IMG/VR virus record: IMGVR_UViG_3300043754_000129 | Coordinates: 160,001-224,000 of that record | DNA from: a virus | Lineage: Duplodnaviria; Caudoviricetes | DNA: 64,000 bases | Strand: one strand, 5' to 3' | In this document: in pieces, positions 30,161 through 40,275 of the stretch | How positions within the stretch are numbered: the stretch's first letter is position 1 | How the letters are laid out: every line of letters starts with the position of its first letter | The notes under the pieces: generated by a model | Told to the model about the DNA's origin: nothing | What the model saw: only the letters and a program-made list of their open reading frames with translations | Databases searched by the model: none | Program-made: the position numbers and the translations under genes

Positions 30161-31816
30161 TTACTGCCGCTGGACCTTCGCCTGGAAGTCTTCCATGAGA
30201 TCGTAGAAGCGCGGATCGCGCAACACAAGCCCATTCGGATTCGTTTTCACCCAGGGGTTGATCCGTGCATGGCCGATCGGATCAGACTTCGGCTGGTTGG
30301 AGTAACCGCCGATTTCCACGAACGAGGCGTGCAGGAAGATCGCGGGATCGTCCACCACCACCTGATCGCGAGAGCGCGTCTGCTTCGAGCTGCCGGACTG
30401 CGGAATCAGACTGATCGTCATCTTGAGCGCCATGTTGTCGCCCGAGCTGGAAACCGTCGTGACTTCGGGGTGCTGCCGGGTAATGCTGAAGATCTTCCCC
30501 GAGCTGATGGTTTTATTCATCCGCTCGTTGATGTCATTCTTCGTGAGCTCCTTCTTGCTCGCGGCCTTCAGCTTGAAGTACATCTTGAAGATCTCGCTCG
30601 TGATATCCTTCATCACGAAGTAGATCACCGACAGTTCCTTGTCGTACATGCTGTTGACGCGACCCTTCGCCTTGAACAGCATATCGCTGATGTTCTCAAC
30701 GATGTATGCCATGATCTGGTAGATGTCGGTCATCGGCAGGTTGATTTCCTGCAACTTCTTGAGCACGATGTTATCCACGTACTCGTCGAGGCTTCGCAGA
30801 TGCGACTCGATCTTGTCACGCAGCACGCCTTCGTGGATATGATCCCCAAAGAGTGCGGTGCCCATCAACGAGATCCACGTCGAGCGGTTCTCCATATACC
30901 GCTTGTCCGTATCGTTGATGTACTCGGGCTTGATGAGGCCCGGGAAATGATCGACCACATAGAAGAAGCCGGCGATAAGATTTTTCACGATGCCACGCTC
31001 GTAATCGTCTTTTCGCACGATCAGCTTGATCTTGCTGGGCTCGTACAGGCCCTTGCCACAGCCCTTCGGCTTGAGTTGCGTCGAAGTACAGATCGTCCAC
31101 TGATCGGACGGATAGTCTTCATCACGCAGCTCCGGTCCGCCGATGATCGGCTTGCACGTCGCGAACTTCTCGAACGCCTTCATCAGGCCATAGCGGCAGA
31201 AGAGGTAGTGCGCCATGGTCGTCACCATCTTGACCGGCAGGCGCGCCTTCTTGTCCTTTGCGTCTTTGTGGTAGATGAGCGCGTGAGCCACGTTCAGCTG
31301 CTCACGACGGCCATTGGCCACGATGTTGTACATCAGGCGCTCGAACGTGATCACGTCACGTTGGAGACGCACGAAGACGCTGCTCATGCCGATGCTGATC
31401 ACCCGATCGGAGAGCACCGGCGAGATGTGGAAATGCGATCCACTCATCTTGATCGTCCCGCCCGGACCTACAAAGGGCAGATAGATGAAGCGGATGATTT
31501 CCTCGCCCTTGTACTTGAAGAGGTACTTCATCAGGAACACGTGCGACTCTGCCACATCCAGCGTGCGCTTGTTGTTCCCTTTCTTCTTGGTGGCTTCGTT
31601 GAATTCTTCCAGTGGCGTACAGGGGCGGCATCCCTCGTACGTCAGGCCTTCCGGAAAGTCTGCGGCTGCCGAACGGAACACGCGATCGATATATCGCGCA
31701 GCTTCGCCATCCTGGGTCGAATTAGCACCCATTTGGTACGAGGCATATCCGTTACAGATGTCCGGATTCAGTTTCGGTTGATTCGCGTCAATGACGCGAC
31801 ACAATTCTGCGTCCAC
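30161..31816 (-). CDS. non-virion RNA polymerase beta subunit, N-terminal part (phiKZ gp123-like)
   Basis: YIDRVF..FPEGL.Y.GCRPCTPLEEF, YLPFV..IKMSGS.F.ISPVL.DRVIS, HASFVE.GG, RINP motifs; size and synteny with the capsid gene. Confidence 0.75.
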   Translation of the reverse strand: MDAELCRVIDANQPKLNPDICNGYASYQMGANSTQDGEAARYIDRVFRSAAADFPEGLTYEGCRPCTPLEEFNEATKKKGNNKRTLDVAESHVFLMKYLFKYKGEEIIRFIYLPFVGPGGTIKMSGSHFHISPVLSDRVISIGMSSVFVRLQRDVITFERLMYNIVANGRREQLNVAHALIYHKDAKDKKARLPVKMVTTMAHYLFCRYGLMKAFEKFATCKPIIGGPELRDEDYPSDQWTICTSTQLKPKGCGKGLYEPSKIKLIVRKDDYERGIVKNLIAGFFYVVDHFPGLIKPEYINDTDKRYMENRSTWISLMGTALFGDHIHEGVLRDKIESHLRSLDEYVDNIVLKKLQEINLPMTDIYQIMAYIVENISDMLFKAKGRVNSMYDKELSVIYFVMKDITSEIFKMYFKLKAASKKELTKNDINERMNKTISSGKIFSITRQHPEVTTVSSSGDNMALKMTISLIPQSGSSKQTRSRDQVVVDDPAIFLHASFVEIGGYSNQPKSDPIGHARINPWVKTNPNGLVLRDPRFYDLMEDFQAKVQRQ

Positions 31817-31849
31817 TGGTTCTTACTCCTTGGTTCGAGTTAGTTCTCT

Positions 31850-33025
31850 TTACTTGTCACGCTTACTAGCATACTTGGCGGTCTGATAACTCAACCACGC
31901 TACGCCCAAAGCACCGAGGATCGCTGGAATCTGTTTCATCCACTCGGAGGTTTCCTTTCGGCGTTCCGATGACGACTTCATATCAAGCATCTGTCGCTCG
32001 TACATGTGCTTGACTCGGTCCAACTCCATCTTCGCTCGGAACTGCTCTTCAGCATACGCTGCCTGCTGCCGCTCGAAGTTGGTCTGAAGTCTCGCCTTCT
32101 CGGCTTCCCAAGTTTGCTGTTCACGCTGGTGTCGCAGCTTTTGTTCGTTCAGTTCGTAACGCTCGCGGGCCAATCCTGTCTCGGCCTCAAGCATTGCTTC
32201 CTTACGTTTATGTTCCGCGTCACCACAATGTAGCGCCTCTACGTAAGTTTTGTACAGCTCCAGCAAGTCGTCCGCTTCTTCGAACGTATAGCGACGCCAT
32301 CCCATTTGGCTCGGGAGCCGGGTATTCTCAAACGGCTTATTGCGAATAACCCAAACCCCATCTTCCCGTGTGAGATCTTGCACCGCATCGATCCGATACA
32401 CCATCTTGTTCCGATTGATGAACCGGTCACCGAACTTGCCTTCGTTGTCGACGATTTGTATCGTCTCACAAAACGCATTGGCTTCCCCCAGCCGCTCTAC
32501 ATTGTTGAGCAAGGCAAGCGCTCGCCCTTCTGAGCTATACGGATGTGGACCCGCGTCTTTGCCCATGAAGGTACTCACGACCACGTCATGCTCGTGATCG
32601 TAAATCTCCCCACGGTGACGCTCCAGATCCGCTAGCCCAATCTTCTCCTCCGTTCTAAGATACAGATAGTTGTCATGAAACGTTGGCTGATACTTGGTGA
32701 GCAGCTCACGCAGCTTCAAGATCAGCTTCGTTTCGTTTTCCCGTTCCTGCTTGATGAAGTCCACAAACGCCGGATGAAAGTTTCTGTGGATCTTCCAATC
32801 GGTGACGATCACAAAGCTCGACTGGTGATAGCTGTGCTGCGAGTCGAACCGGTGACGAAACCCATTCCTTTCGATAACGGTAATCGGCTTACCCGAATAA
32901 TTCAAATACCGTCGTGTACAACTGAACCTTTCGCCATTGACCAGATCCGCCACTGCCGCTGGCGTGATCTGATTAAGCTCAGGCTCGCCGAAGATGGCAT
33001 CAGGGAGGAAGTGATTAAGTGACAT
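31850..33025 (-). CDS. conserved hypothetical protein (phiKZ gp122-like position) with C-terminal coiled coil and hydrophobic tail
   Basis: YLNYSGKPITVIERNG motif; coiled coil; IPAILGALGVAWL near the C-terminus. Confidence 0.65.
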   Translation of the reverse strand: MSLNHFLPDAIFGEPELNQITPAAVADLVNGERFSCTRRYLNYSGKPITVIERNGFRHRFDSQHSYHQSSFVIVTDWKIHRNFHPAFVDFIKQERENETKLILKLRELLTKYQPTFHDNYLYLRTEEKIGLADLERHRGEIYDHEHDVVVSTFMGKDAGPHPYSSEGRALALLNNVERLGEANAFCETIQIVDNEGKFGDRFINRNKMVYRIDAVQDLTREDGVWVIRNKPFENTRLPSQMGWRRYTFEEADDLLELYKTYVEALHCGDAEHKRKEAMLEAETGLARERYELNEQKLRHQREQQTWEAEKARLQTNFERQQAAYAEEQFRAKMELDRVKHMYERQMLDMKSSSERRKETSEWMKQIPAILGALGVAWLSYQTAKYASKRDK

Positions 33026-33100
33026 GATACATTCCTAGAACACTTGCCGGTCGGGCGTACTCACAAACCCAGCAAGACCTACTCTTTACTGCTCAAGGAT

Positions 33101-33110
33101 GTAATATATC
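33101..33110 (-). promoter_or_regulatory. putative early (virion RNAP) promoter GATATATTAC
   Basis: The minus strand contains TATATTAC, the phiKZ early consensus, ~75 nt upstream of the operon encoding the nvRNAP subunit. Confidence 0.55.
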
Positions 33111-33318
33111 ATCGAAATCCCGTTGAATCAGAGGGTTGGAAAAAATGACGGCATAAGGGAATGAGATGCTCCGAACTGAGTTGACGGCATAGAAGCCTCC
33201 CACGACCCCGAAGAGCCGCAGGAGGCTTAGCCCCAGTGAATCAGTCCGTTTCCAACATGGGGAAGCAGCAACTCTAGTGCACCGAGTCACTACGGATCAC
33301 TCACTCCCCCATCCAGAA

Positions 33319-35541
33319 TTACGGCAGCTGCGTCACCGTGTCGAACTCGACCGGCACCTTGCTGTACGCAATGGCGCTGATACCCGACACGTTGATCACA
33401 CCCAGAACCGGCAGGTTGCAGATGTGCAGGAACGACGGCTGGACCGTGAGTTCCTTCGACTGTGCGCCGTTGCGGATCATCGGCAGGACGACCGTGACTT
33501 CCGGCTTCCATGCCATGTTACCGAAGTGCAGCGGGTTCGGCGTGCCAGCCTTCGCGCTCGATTCGTCGCCGAAGGACATGACGATCTTGCCAGCCATGCG
33601 CTCGTTCAGCGTCGACACGATCTTGACGTCGAACTGACCGCCCAGCGTGCGAAGGTCGCCCGTCACCATCAGGTAACGTGCGATGTACGGATCCGTACCG
33701 ATGATGACCGTCGGCACCGGGCCAACGCCACCAGCGAGCGCATCCGAGGCTGCCTTGTAGCCCGACTGGACGTACAGCGTGTACGCGATGTCGCGCAGGC
33801 AGTTGACCAGCGTCGCCTGGATGTCGGCCGCGCGTTGATGCGCGCTCAGCGAGTCCGTCGACGAGTCGATCTCGAGGTTCTTCTCGATGTAAGCCGGCTG
33901 AACGATGAAGCGCGAGACGCCCAGGATTTCCGGCGTATCGGCAGCGCTGTTCGGCGTGGCCGTCGTGTTCAGGGCGCTGGTCGTTTCAGCGAGCAGGTCC
34001 TGAATGCGGAGCAGTTCGTCCACGGCTGCGTTCGACGTGCGGATGCGCGTTGCCGTGATGAGTGCTGCCAGATCCGACGAGTCGTTCGCGTCGCCGACTT
34101 GCATCGGACGCGGGATCGTGATCGGGGCCAGGAGCGGCACCGTGTAGATCTGGTTGTAGAAGTTCGTGTTCAGCAGCTGACCACGTTGACGACGGTTCGA
34201 GTTCGTGCGACGAGCGTCGAGGTCGTAACCGATAACGGTCGCGCCCGTGAAGATCGCTGCCAGCGTTGCACCCGTGCCCGAGCCGAGACCCAGAGCGACG
34301 TCGCTCGAGTTCTTGATCGAGGTCAGGCCGACCGACGACGTGTTGATTTCCGTGTCGCCGAGTTCGAGGTTCACCGAACCGAACATCGAGAAGCCGAAGC
34401 GTGCTTCGTAGTTGCCCGAGACCAGCGGTGCGAGCAGTTGCGATGCGCCGCCGTCAGCCAGCGTCGTGTTCGCGTTGATCAGCAGCGTTTCCGTCTTGAA
34501 CTGGAGGTTCATCTGACGGTAGACGTTCTGCGGAGCGTAGTTGAACACAGCCAGCGGCAGCTGACGCGTGTTGAACTTCACGACTTCGGTCGTCGGCGTG
34601 CCGCCAACCGTGCCCGTGAACTGCACGTACACTGCGTCGAGCGCGAGTTGCGTGTCGATCGCGTCGGTGATGTCGAGGATACCCGTTTCGAGCAGGGCTT
34701 CCGTCTGCGACAGACCGAGCAGCGAGAACTTCTGGCCGACTGCGAGCGGCGCCGTCGTGATCTGCGTGTTGTCCGTCAGCTGCACTGCGTACGGCGCGAC
34801 TTGCGCGTTCGTGACGAAGTAGCCTTCGCTTTCCGTGCGGTAGACCGGGACGATCTTCGTCTGGTCGTTGCGCAGGATGGTCGGGTCGATCACCGCTTGC
34901 ACGATGTTGCGACGGCCGAAGTTCTGCGACGGAGCACCCGAGATCGGACGCTTCGGTTCGTTGTACACTTCGATCAGGCGGATCGAGACCGTGTAGCCGA
35001 CTTGGTCGGGGGTCACGACGACGGTCGGGAAGAACGCTTCACCGAACTCGTCTTGGCGCGCAGCTTGAAGGTTGTACGCGACCGAGTACACGACCGCGTT
35101 CTTGTTTTCCTTCTCGTCGTACGCTTCCAGCGCCGGCTTGATACGATCGAACATGCGATCTTCGCCGCCCGGCACGATGAACTTCATCGACTCGGTCGAA
35201 ACCTGGTCGTGCTTGATGCCCGCGTGCAGGAAGCCAGCCATGTCGCCCGTGAGCGCCATCGCAGCCAGACCAGCGTTGCGCTGCGCGGCCGTCAGGTCGT
35301 GCATGCCGTGTTCTTTCAGGATGCTCTCGAGCGAAGCGTTCAGGCCTTCGAGGCTGTCGTTCAGTTCGCGCGTGAGCGACGAATCGATCGCTTCCATCGA
35401 GATGGCGGCTTGCGAGATTTGACGCGACGCGAATGCAGCGCCGCTGTGGTTCATTTCTTGGCGCAGGGCGCCCACCAGGGTGTCGACCGGCGAAGCGACC
35501 GAAGTGCCGATGCGACCCTTGTTTGCAAACAGAGCGGTCAT
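33319..35541 (-). CDS. major capsid protein (phiKZ gp120-like)
   Basis: 740 aa; YNLQAARQDEFGEAFFPTVVV, RTSNAAVDELL, VIIGTDPYIARYL, HFGNMAWKPE, QPSFLHICNLPV; very strong codon bias; N-terminal SME/SLE/ALE maturation motifs. Confidence 0.9.
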   Translation of the reverse strand: MTALFANKGRIGTSVASPVDTLVGALRQEMNHSGAAFASRQISQAAISMEAIDSSLTRELNDSLEGLNASLESILKEHGMHDLTAAQRNAGLAAMALTGDMAGFLHAGIKHDQVSTESMKFIVPGGEDRMFDRIKPALEAYDEKENKNAVVYSVAYNLQAARQDEFGEAFFPTVVVTPDQVGYTVSIRLIEVYNEPKRPISGAPSQNFGRRNIVQAVIDPTILRNDQTKIVPVYRTESEGYFVTNAQVAPYAVQLTDNTQITTAPLAVGQKFSLLGLSQTEALLETGILDITDAIDTQLALDAVYVQFTGTVGGTPTTEVVKFNTRQLPLAVFNYAPQNVYRQMNLQFKTETLLINANTTLADGGASQLLAPLVSGNYEARFGFSMFGSVNLELGDTEINTSSVGLTSIKNSSDVALGLGSGTGATLAAIFTGATVIGYDLDARRTNSNRRQRGQLLNTNFYNQIYTVPLLAPITIPRPMQVGDANDSSDLAALITATRIRTSNAAVDELLRIQDLLAETTSALNTTATPNSAADTPEILGVSRFIVQPAYIEKNLEIDSSTDSLSAHQRAADIQATLVNCLRDIAYTLYVQSGYKAASDALAGGVGPVPTVIIGTDPYIARYLMVTGDLRTLGGQFDVKIVSTLNERMAGKIVMSFGDESSAKAGTPNPLHFGNMAWKPEVTVVLPMIRNGAQSKELTVQPSFLHICNLPVLGVINVSGISAIAYSKVPVEFDTVTQLP

Positions 35542-35596
35542 GAGTGATCCCTAACCTTTTAGTTAAAAAGAAGACTACTACTGGGGCTTGTTGACC

Positions 35597-36181
35597 TTAA
35601 ACCGTCAGCTCTTTCTTAGCCAACAATTCAAGATAACGCTTGAACAGAGGGGTGTGAGCCACCTCGTGGTACGCGTTGTACGCATACAATACTTTTAACA
35701 CTGCGACGATGAGTGCCGCACGATGCCCGTCAGAGCCGGCTTCTTCGGTGAAGAACCCCGGATTAATGACGATGCAGGCAGCATCATGAGTGCTGTCATA
35801 TACATTAAAGGCATTTTCGTGGTGCGGCAGTCGGTCACACACAGAATTCTGCGAGAACAACCGGTCGCTGACGTCTTCCAAGTACTCCGGGTTGTGAGCC
35901 AGCGGAATAATAGTTTGCGTCAAAAGTGTTTTGGAACTGTCCGAACAAGCGGATTCGTTCCACTTGGTTTCGAGGACGTTGCCGTGCACCTCGTAACCAG
36001 CGAGCTCCAGGAGGTAATCCTGAAGCGAGAGATATCCAATCAAATCATTGGTGTTAATAAAGCGCACCAGTTGATCGAAGTTCAGCGCGTCTTGCAGACC
36101 GCAGTGGTGCCGAGCGAGGGCTTCCTGCACCCAGTACGGGACCAGGACAACCTTCTTGATCGGTCGGGCAGGTGTCATCAT
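35597..36181 (-). CDS. hypothetical protein upstream of the capsid gene
   Basis: ORF between MCP and helicase; start codon uncertain. Confidence 0.6.
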   Translation of the reverse strand: MMTPARPIKKVVLVPYWVQEALARHHCGLQDALNFDQLVRFINTNDLIGYLSLQDYLLELAGYEVHGNVLETKWNESACSDSSKTLLTQTIIPLAHNPEYLEDVSDRLFSQNSVCDRLPHHENAFNVYDSTHDAACIVINPGFFTEEAGSDGHRAALIVAVLKVLYAYNAYHEVAHTPLFKRYLELLAKKELTV

Positions 36182-36276
36182 CGCTCCCGAAGAAAGAACA
36201 CGTGGTAAGAAAAAACACCCGGGGACAACTCTATGTCCCGGAAAAATCAGTCTCACATTATTTATAACTAATCAAC

Positions 36277-37866
36277 ATGAACCCGAATGCCAAGCTCCTC
36301 CTGGTGAAGTGCATCACCTTGTTGTATCGTGAGTCACAACTCCTGGGGAGTCACGAGAACAGTAGCGCTTTGGTGCGCAGCATTCTCGGGTTGATCAAAG
36401 ATCCACAAGTACAGATGGGTCTGGACAACGAACGAGATATCATCACCGGTCTGAAGAAGACCGCTCTGACGATGTGCGAGCAGCCGCTCGACCATGAGTA
36501 CGAGCCGATCGAACTGTTGCAGCAGCTGAAGGTGGATTGCAATACCGACGAAGCGCTGTTTGGTTCGCTCCAGGAAGGCATCGACAAAGAGCTCGCAGAT
36601 AACAAGATCAAGCGCACCGCAGTCAACCTGCGCCGCTCGCTGCATGACGTGCTGCAAGAACAGAAAGCACAAGAGATCGTCAACAACGCCTCGACCGCGA
36701 TTCGCTTCAAGCGTGGCGAGATCGTCAACATGAAGCAGTTCCTCTCGCAACTCGTGACGGACCTGGAACCCTTCACCGTTGACAGCGAACGGCGTGACCC
36801 TGCGATCGTCTCGTCGGTGAACTTCGCACACATCGAAGAAGTCGTCAAGGTCTTTAAGGAAGTGCAGAAGGCCGAAGAAGGTGGTAGTGTCCTGAAGACT
36901 CCCTGGCAGGGTATTAACCGCATGCTGCGCGGCGGCTACCGTCGCGGCCAGGAAACCGTGATCGGCGCACTCCAGCATAACTTTAAGACGGGGTTCTCCC
37001 TCGGAACCTTTATTGGCGTTGCCCTCTTCAACACTCCGGAGACAGCGTTCCCGGAAGTTGTGCCCGTGAAGAAGCCTTTGCTTTACCGTGTTAGCTTCGA
37101 AGACGATCTGGAACTGAATCTCCAGTACGCCTACGAAGTCATCATGAACTACGATGGTCGTGCCGACGAGATCGTGGTGAAGACGAAGGAAGACTTCAAG
37201 GTCATGACGCAGGAAGAGAAGGACGAGTTCGTGCTGGTGATGTCGAAGTACGTGGCCGAGCGTCTGCGCGTCAATGGCTTCGAAGTCATCATGGAGCGGG
37301 TCAATCCTTCGGACTGGACCTACAAGCATCTGTGCAACCGCATGCTCGAACTCGAAGCCGATGGTTACGAGATCTTCATGTGCATGGCCGACTACCTCCC
37401 GATGCTGCCGACGACCGGTTGCGCACAAGGGCCGACGGGCACCGACGTGCAAGACATGTATCGCCGGGTGCGTAACTTCATGAGCGCCAAGAAGATTGCG
37501 TTCGTGACGCCGCACCAGCTCTCGACCGATGCCAAGCAGATGATCCGTGACGGTAAAGCGGACTTCGTGCAGGAACTGCCCGGCAAGGGCTATTATCGGG
37601 GCTGTAAGCAGATCGACCAGGAAGTTGACCTGGAGATCTTCATCCACATCGAGAAGGTCAATGGCGAGTCGTTCCTGACCTGCCAGCGCGGTAAGCACCG
37701 GATCATCGGTCAGACGAACCCCAAGGATCTGTACACGGTCCTCAAGTTCGAGAAGTACGGGATTCCCTTCGACGAAGGACGCAAAGATCTCTCGCGTCGT
37801 GCTGTCGGCGGTGGTCCAATCGGTAGTAAGGATGAGAAGCCGTTCTTCGATTTTTCGCCGGTGTAA
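36277..37866 (+). CDS. dnaB: DnaB-like replicative helicase (phiKZ gp118-like)
   Basis: TPWQGINRMLRGG, variant Walker A GALQHNFKT, MADYL, TPHQLSTDAK, DQEVDLE, RGKHR. Confidence 0.85.
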   Translation: MNPNAKLLLVKCITLLYRESQLLGSHENSSALVRSILGLIKDPQVQMGLDNERDIITGLKKTALTMCEQPLDHEYEPIELLQQLKVDCNTDEALFGSLQEGIDKELADNKIKRTAVNLRRSLHDVLQEQKAQEIVNNASTAIRFKRGEIVNMKQFLSQLVTDLEPFTVDSERRDPAIVSSVNFAHIEEVVKVFKEVQKAEEGGSVLKTPWQGINRMLRGGYRRGQETVIGALQHNFKTGFSLGTFIGVALFNTPETAFPEVVPVKKPLLYRVSFEDDLELNLQYAYEVIMNYDGRADEIVVKTKEDFKVMTQEEKDEFVLVMSKYVAERLRVNGFEVIMERVNPSDWTYKHLCNRMLELEADGYEIFMCMADYLPMLPTTGCAQGPTGTDVQDMYRRVRNFMSAKKIAFVTPHQLSTDAKQMIRDGKADFVQELPGKGYYRGCKQIDQEVDLEIFIHIEKVNGESFLTCQRGKHRIIGQTNPKDLYTVLKFEKYGIPFDEGRKDLSRRAVGGGPIGSKDEKPFFDFSPV

Positions 37867-38001
37867 TTATGTGAACAGTAGTACTCGTTCATGGAATCGA
37901 CTCCAGGCCGCCCTGCAATCCCTGGGGTGGCTTGGGTCGGTTCCGTTGTTATGCCGGGTACTGAACTGGTGCAATATTTATTCCACCGTGGAAGACAAAA
38001 A

Positions 38002-39120
38002 ATGGACGACATCGAAATCCTGAATCAGCCAGCCGATCAGCATCCAGACCATCTGGAGATCGAGCACTACATCCTCGACCACAACACGATCTGTGACAGC
38101 GTGAGCATGCTCGACGAGATCCGTGAACACCTGATCGGTCTGCAAGGCCTGAACGTCGCGATGGAAGGCATCGCACTCGAAAGCCTGGGGGAGACCCTCA
38201 AGGCGTACTGGCAACAGTTCCTGGCCTTCCTGAAGAAGATCTGGGAAAAGATCGTCGCGTTCTTCGAAGCGCACTTCACGGTGCTCGGTCGTCGACGTCT
38301 GCACATCAAGCGCATGATGACGAAGGTCAAGTCGCTCAGCACGAACCCGGAAGTCTACCGCAAGCTCAAGGACTCGCACAAAGACATCGTGATCGCCCAC
38401 GCCAACGTGCAAGCCTTCATGATCGGCGGCAAGGCCATCACGGGCGCTGAAGAGCTCCTGGGTGCCCTCACGCGCACACGCGCCGCTGTCACGGTGGTGA
38501 CTGATGACTACGCGAAGTACATCGTCGATCAGCGGATCGTGAAGATCAGCAAGACGCTCGAAGCCGCGACGGTGGAAAACGCAGCTGGCCTCTACGAGCG
38601 CATCGTCCAGGAAATGGAGCACAATGCGTTCCACGTCGGTCAGCAAGAGATGCTGGGCAACGTGAGCGTGACGTACGGTGGCGGTGGCAGCGATCTGGAC
38701 GCGCACCGTCTGGTGCTCGCGGAAAAGCAAGTCGGTCACCAAGACATCCTCTTCACGCCCATGACGATCGAGGACCTCGCCAAGGTCTACGCGAACATGG
38801 AAGGCGTGCTCGACGAGATGGACAACTTCAAGAACGGCGAGTACAAGCAACTCGTCTCGGCCGCTCAAGGCATGATGCGCCTCACGGACACGATGGTCAA
38901 GAAGTTGAGCACCGGTGCTCAAGACGGTAGCGCCGAAGCCGTCAAGCAGCTTCTGGGCCTGAACAAACACTACGTGAACTGGATCAAGGCACCGATGACT
39001 GATCTGGTGCGCCACATCACGACGAGCTTCTTCTACATCGGCCACGAGATGGAAGAGAACATCTCGTTGTATGAGCAGCACGAAGCGCTCAATTTCTTCA
39101 AAGTCATCGGCATGTGCTAA
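38002..39120 (+). CDS. internal head protein-like (acidic propeptide, AME/ALE sites)
   Basis: VAMEGIALESLGETLKAYWQQFLAFLKKIWEKIVAFF is the typical post-cleavage amphipathic helix of phiKZ-family head paralogues. Confidence 0.7.
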   Translation: MDDIEILNQPADQHPDHLEIEHYILDHNTICDSVSMLDEIREHLIGLQGLNVAMEGIALESLGETLKAYWQQFLAFLKKIWEKIVAFFEAHFTVLGRRRLHIKRMMTKVKSLSTNPEVYRKLKDSHKDIVIAHANVQAFMIGGKAITGAEELLGALTRTRAAVTVVTDDYAKYIVDQRIVKISKTLEAATVENAAGLYERIVQEMEHNAFHVGQQEMLGNVSVTYGGGGSDLDAHRLVLAEKQVGHQDILFTPMTIEDLAKVYANMEGVLDEMDNFKNGEYKQLVSAAQGMMRLTDTMVKKLSTGAQDGSAEAVKQLLGLNKHYVNWIKAPMTDLVRHITTSFFYIGHEMEENISLYEQHEALNFFKVIGMC

Positions 39121-39134
39121 GTGAGCAGACAATC

Positions 39135-40208
39135 ATGAAAAGCTTTGTTTCACAACTCTGGTCGCTCGGCCTCGAACCGAACCTCCGTCCCGCGCTCGAA
39201 GCGGAAATGATCAACAAGCGTCACGTCGAGTTGCTCCTCACTGACGACCCCGTGCTCGCGGGCATGGGTGGTGCCTGTGTGTTCGTCTTTGCGCGCCCCA
39301 TGCTGGAGAAGGCCAAAGACTTCCTGCGGGCTGTCGAGGGCGGCTACGTGGACGCAACGACCACGAACAACCCATCGCTCCTGCCGGAGATCAAGAAGGT
39401 CGTCGAGTACCCGCCTGATGTGTACCTCGCGCTCTTTAGCTCGAAGCTGAAGGCGTCGATGTCGCAAGGTGAATTCGACGCCGTGGTGCAGCACGAGTAC
39501 GGTCACGTCAATCACCGCCACCTCGAACAGCAACGATGGGGCGGCTACCACGAATTTATCACGCACGAGAAGGAAGCCGACAACTACGCGGTGACCGCTG
39601 GTGGCGCGAAGGTCGAGGACATGATCACGGGTCTGGAGAAGGCCATGCACTTCGGTGCCGAGCAAGCCGTGCTCTGGCAACAGGGTGCGTCGAACTCGTT
39701 CATTCGCAAGCTGCTCGATAGCGACATCATCGATGCGGCCACGGTGAAGTTCGCCGTCCGTCAAGCACGCATGATGCACGGCGCGCGTTTCACGACGCTC
39801 AAGAAGCTGAAGGCGCAGCGCGATGCTGGCAAGGCCGAGACGCCGATCGTGTCGTCGGGTAAGAACGTGCCGGATAACACGCTCGCCAAGCACAAGCTCC
39901 AGATGTCGAAGATCCATGGGGACTCGCCGGAACGCCAGGCTGAGATCCAGGAAGAGATCGACGCGCTGAACCGTGGCGAGACGCCGACCACCCACATCAA
40001 GAAGCCGACGCCGGCTCCGGCGCCGACGCAGAAAGGTGCGGACATGAACGGTCGCCTCGATCGGTTCCAGGAACGGATGAATAAGCTGGGTCGCAGCGTC
40101 GGGGGCGGTGAAGGTAGTTCGGACACCGAAACCCTCAAGGATCGCATGCGTGCGCAAAGCGACGCGACGCAGGAGCGCCTGAACAAGCTGAACAAGCAAG
40201 ACGCGTAA
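39135..40208 (+). CDS. putative Zn metallopeptidase (M48-like HExxH) with low-complexity C-terminus
   Basis: AVVQHEYGH followed by EKEADNYA; N-terminal PALE motif. Confidence 0.6.
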   Translation: MKSFVSQLWSLGLEPNLRPALEAEMINKRHVELLLTDDPVLAGMGGACVFVFARPMLEKAKDFLRAVEGGYVDATTTNNPSLLPEIKKVVEYPPDVYLALFSSKLKASMSQGEFDAVVQHEYGHVNHRHLEQQRWGGYHEFITHEKEADNYAVTAGGAKVEDMITGLEKAMHFGAEQAVLWQQGASNSFIRKLLDSDIIDAATVKFAVRQARMMHGARFTTLKKLKAQRDAGKAETPIVSSGKNVPDNTLAKHKLQMSKIHGDSPERQAEIQEEIDALNRGETPTTHIKKPTPAPAPTQKGADMNGRLDRFQERMNKLGRSVGGGEGSSDTETLKDRMRAQSDATQERLNKLNKQDA

Positions 40209-40275
40209 CACTACACTGTGATTGGGGGTGCGGGCAACCGCACTCCTATCACGCCCTAAGGAAAGAGAATAGACT

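Noticed and set aside
27920-31843. 1307-aa plus-strand ORF
   Set aside because: Antisense shadow of two real minus-strand genes. It is R/H/V/D-rich nonsense caused by GC3 bias and has no motifs.
33240-33310. GTGCACCGAGTC resembling a tracrRNA 3' hairpin
   Set aside because: Short chance match; no cas gene, array or anti-repeat.
33277-35547. 756-aa plus-strand ORF opposite the capsid gene
   Set aside because: Shadow ORF produced by the extreme codon bias of the MCP gene.
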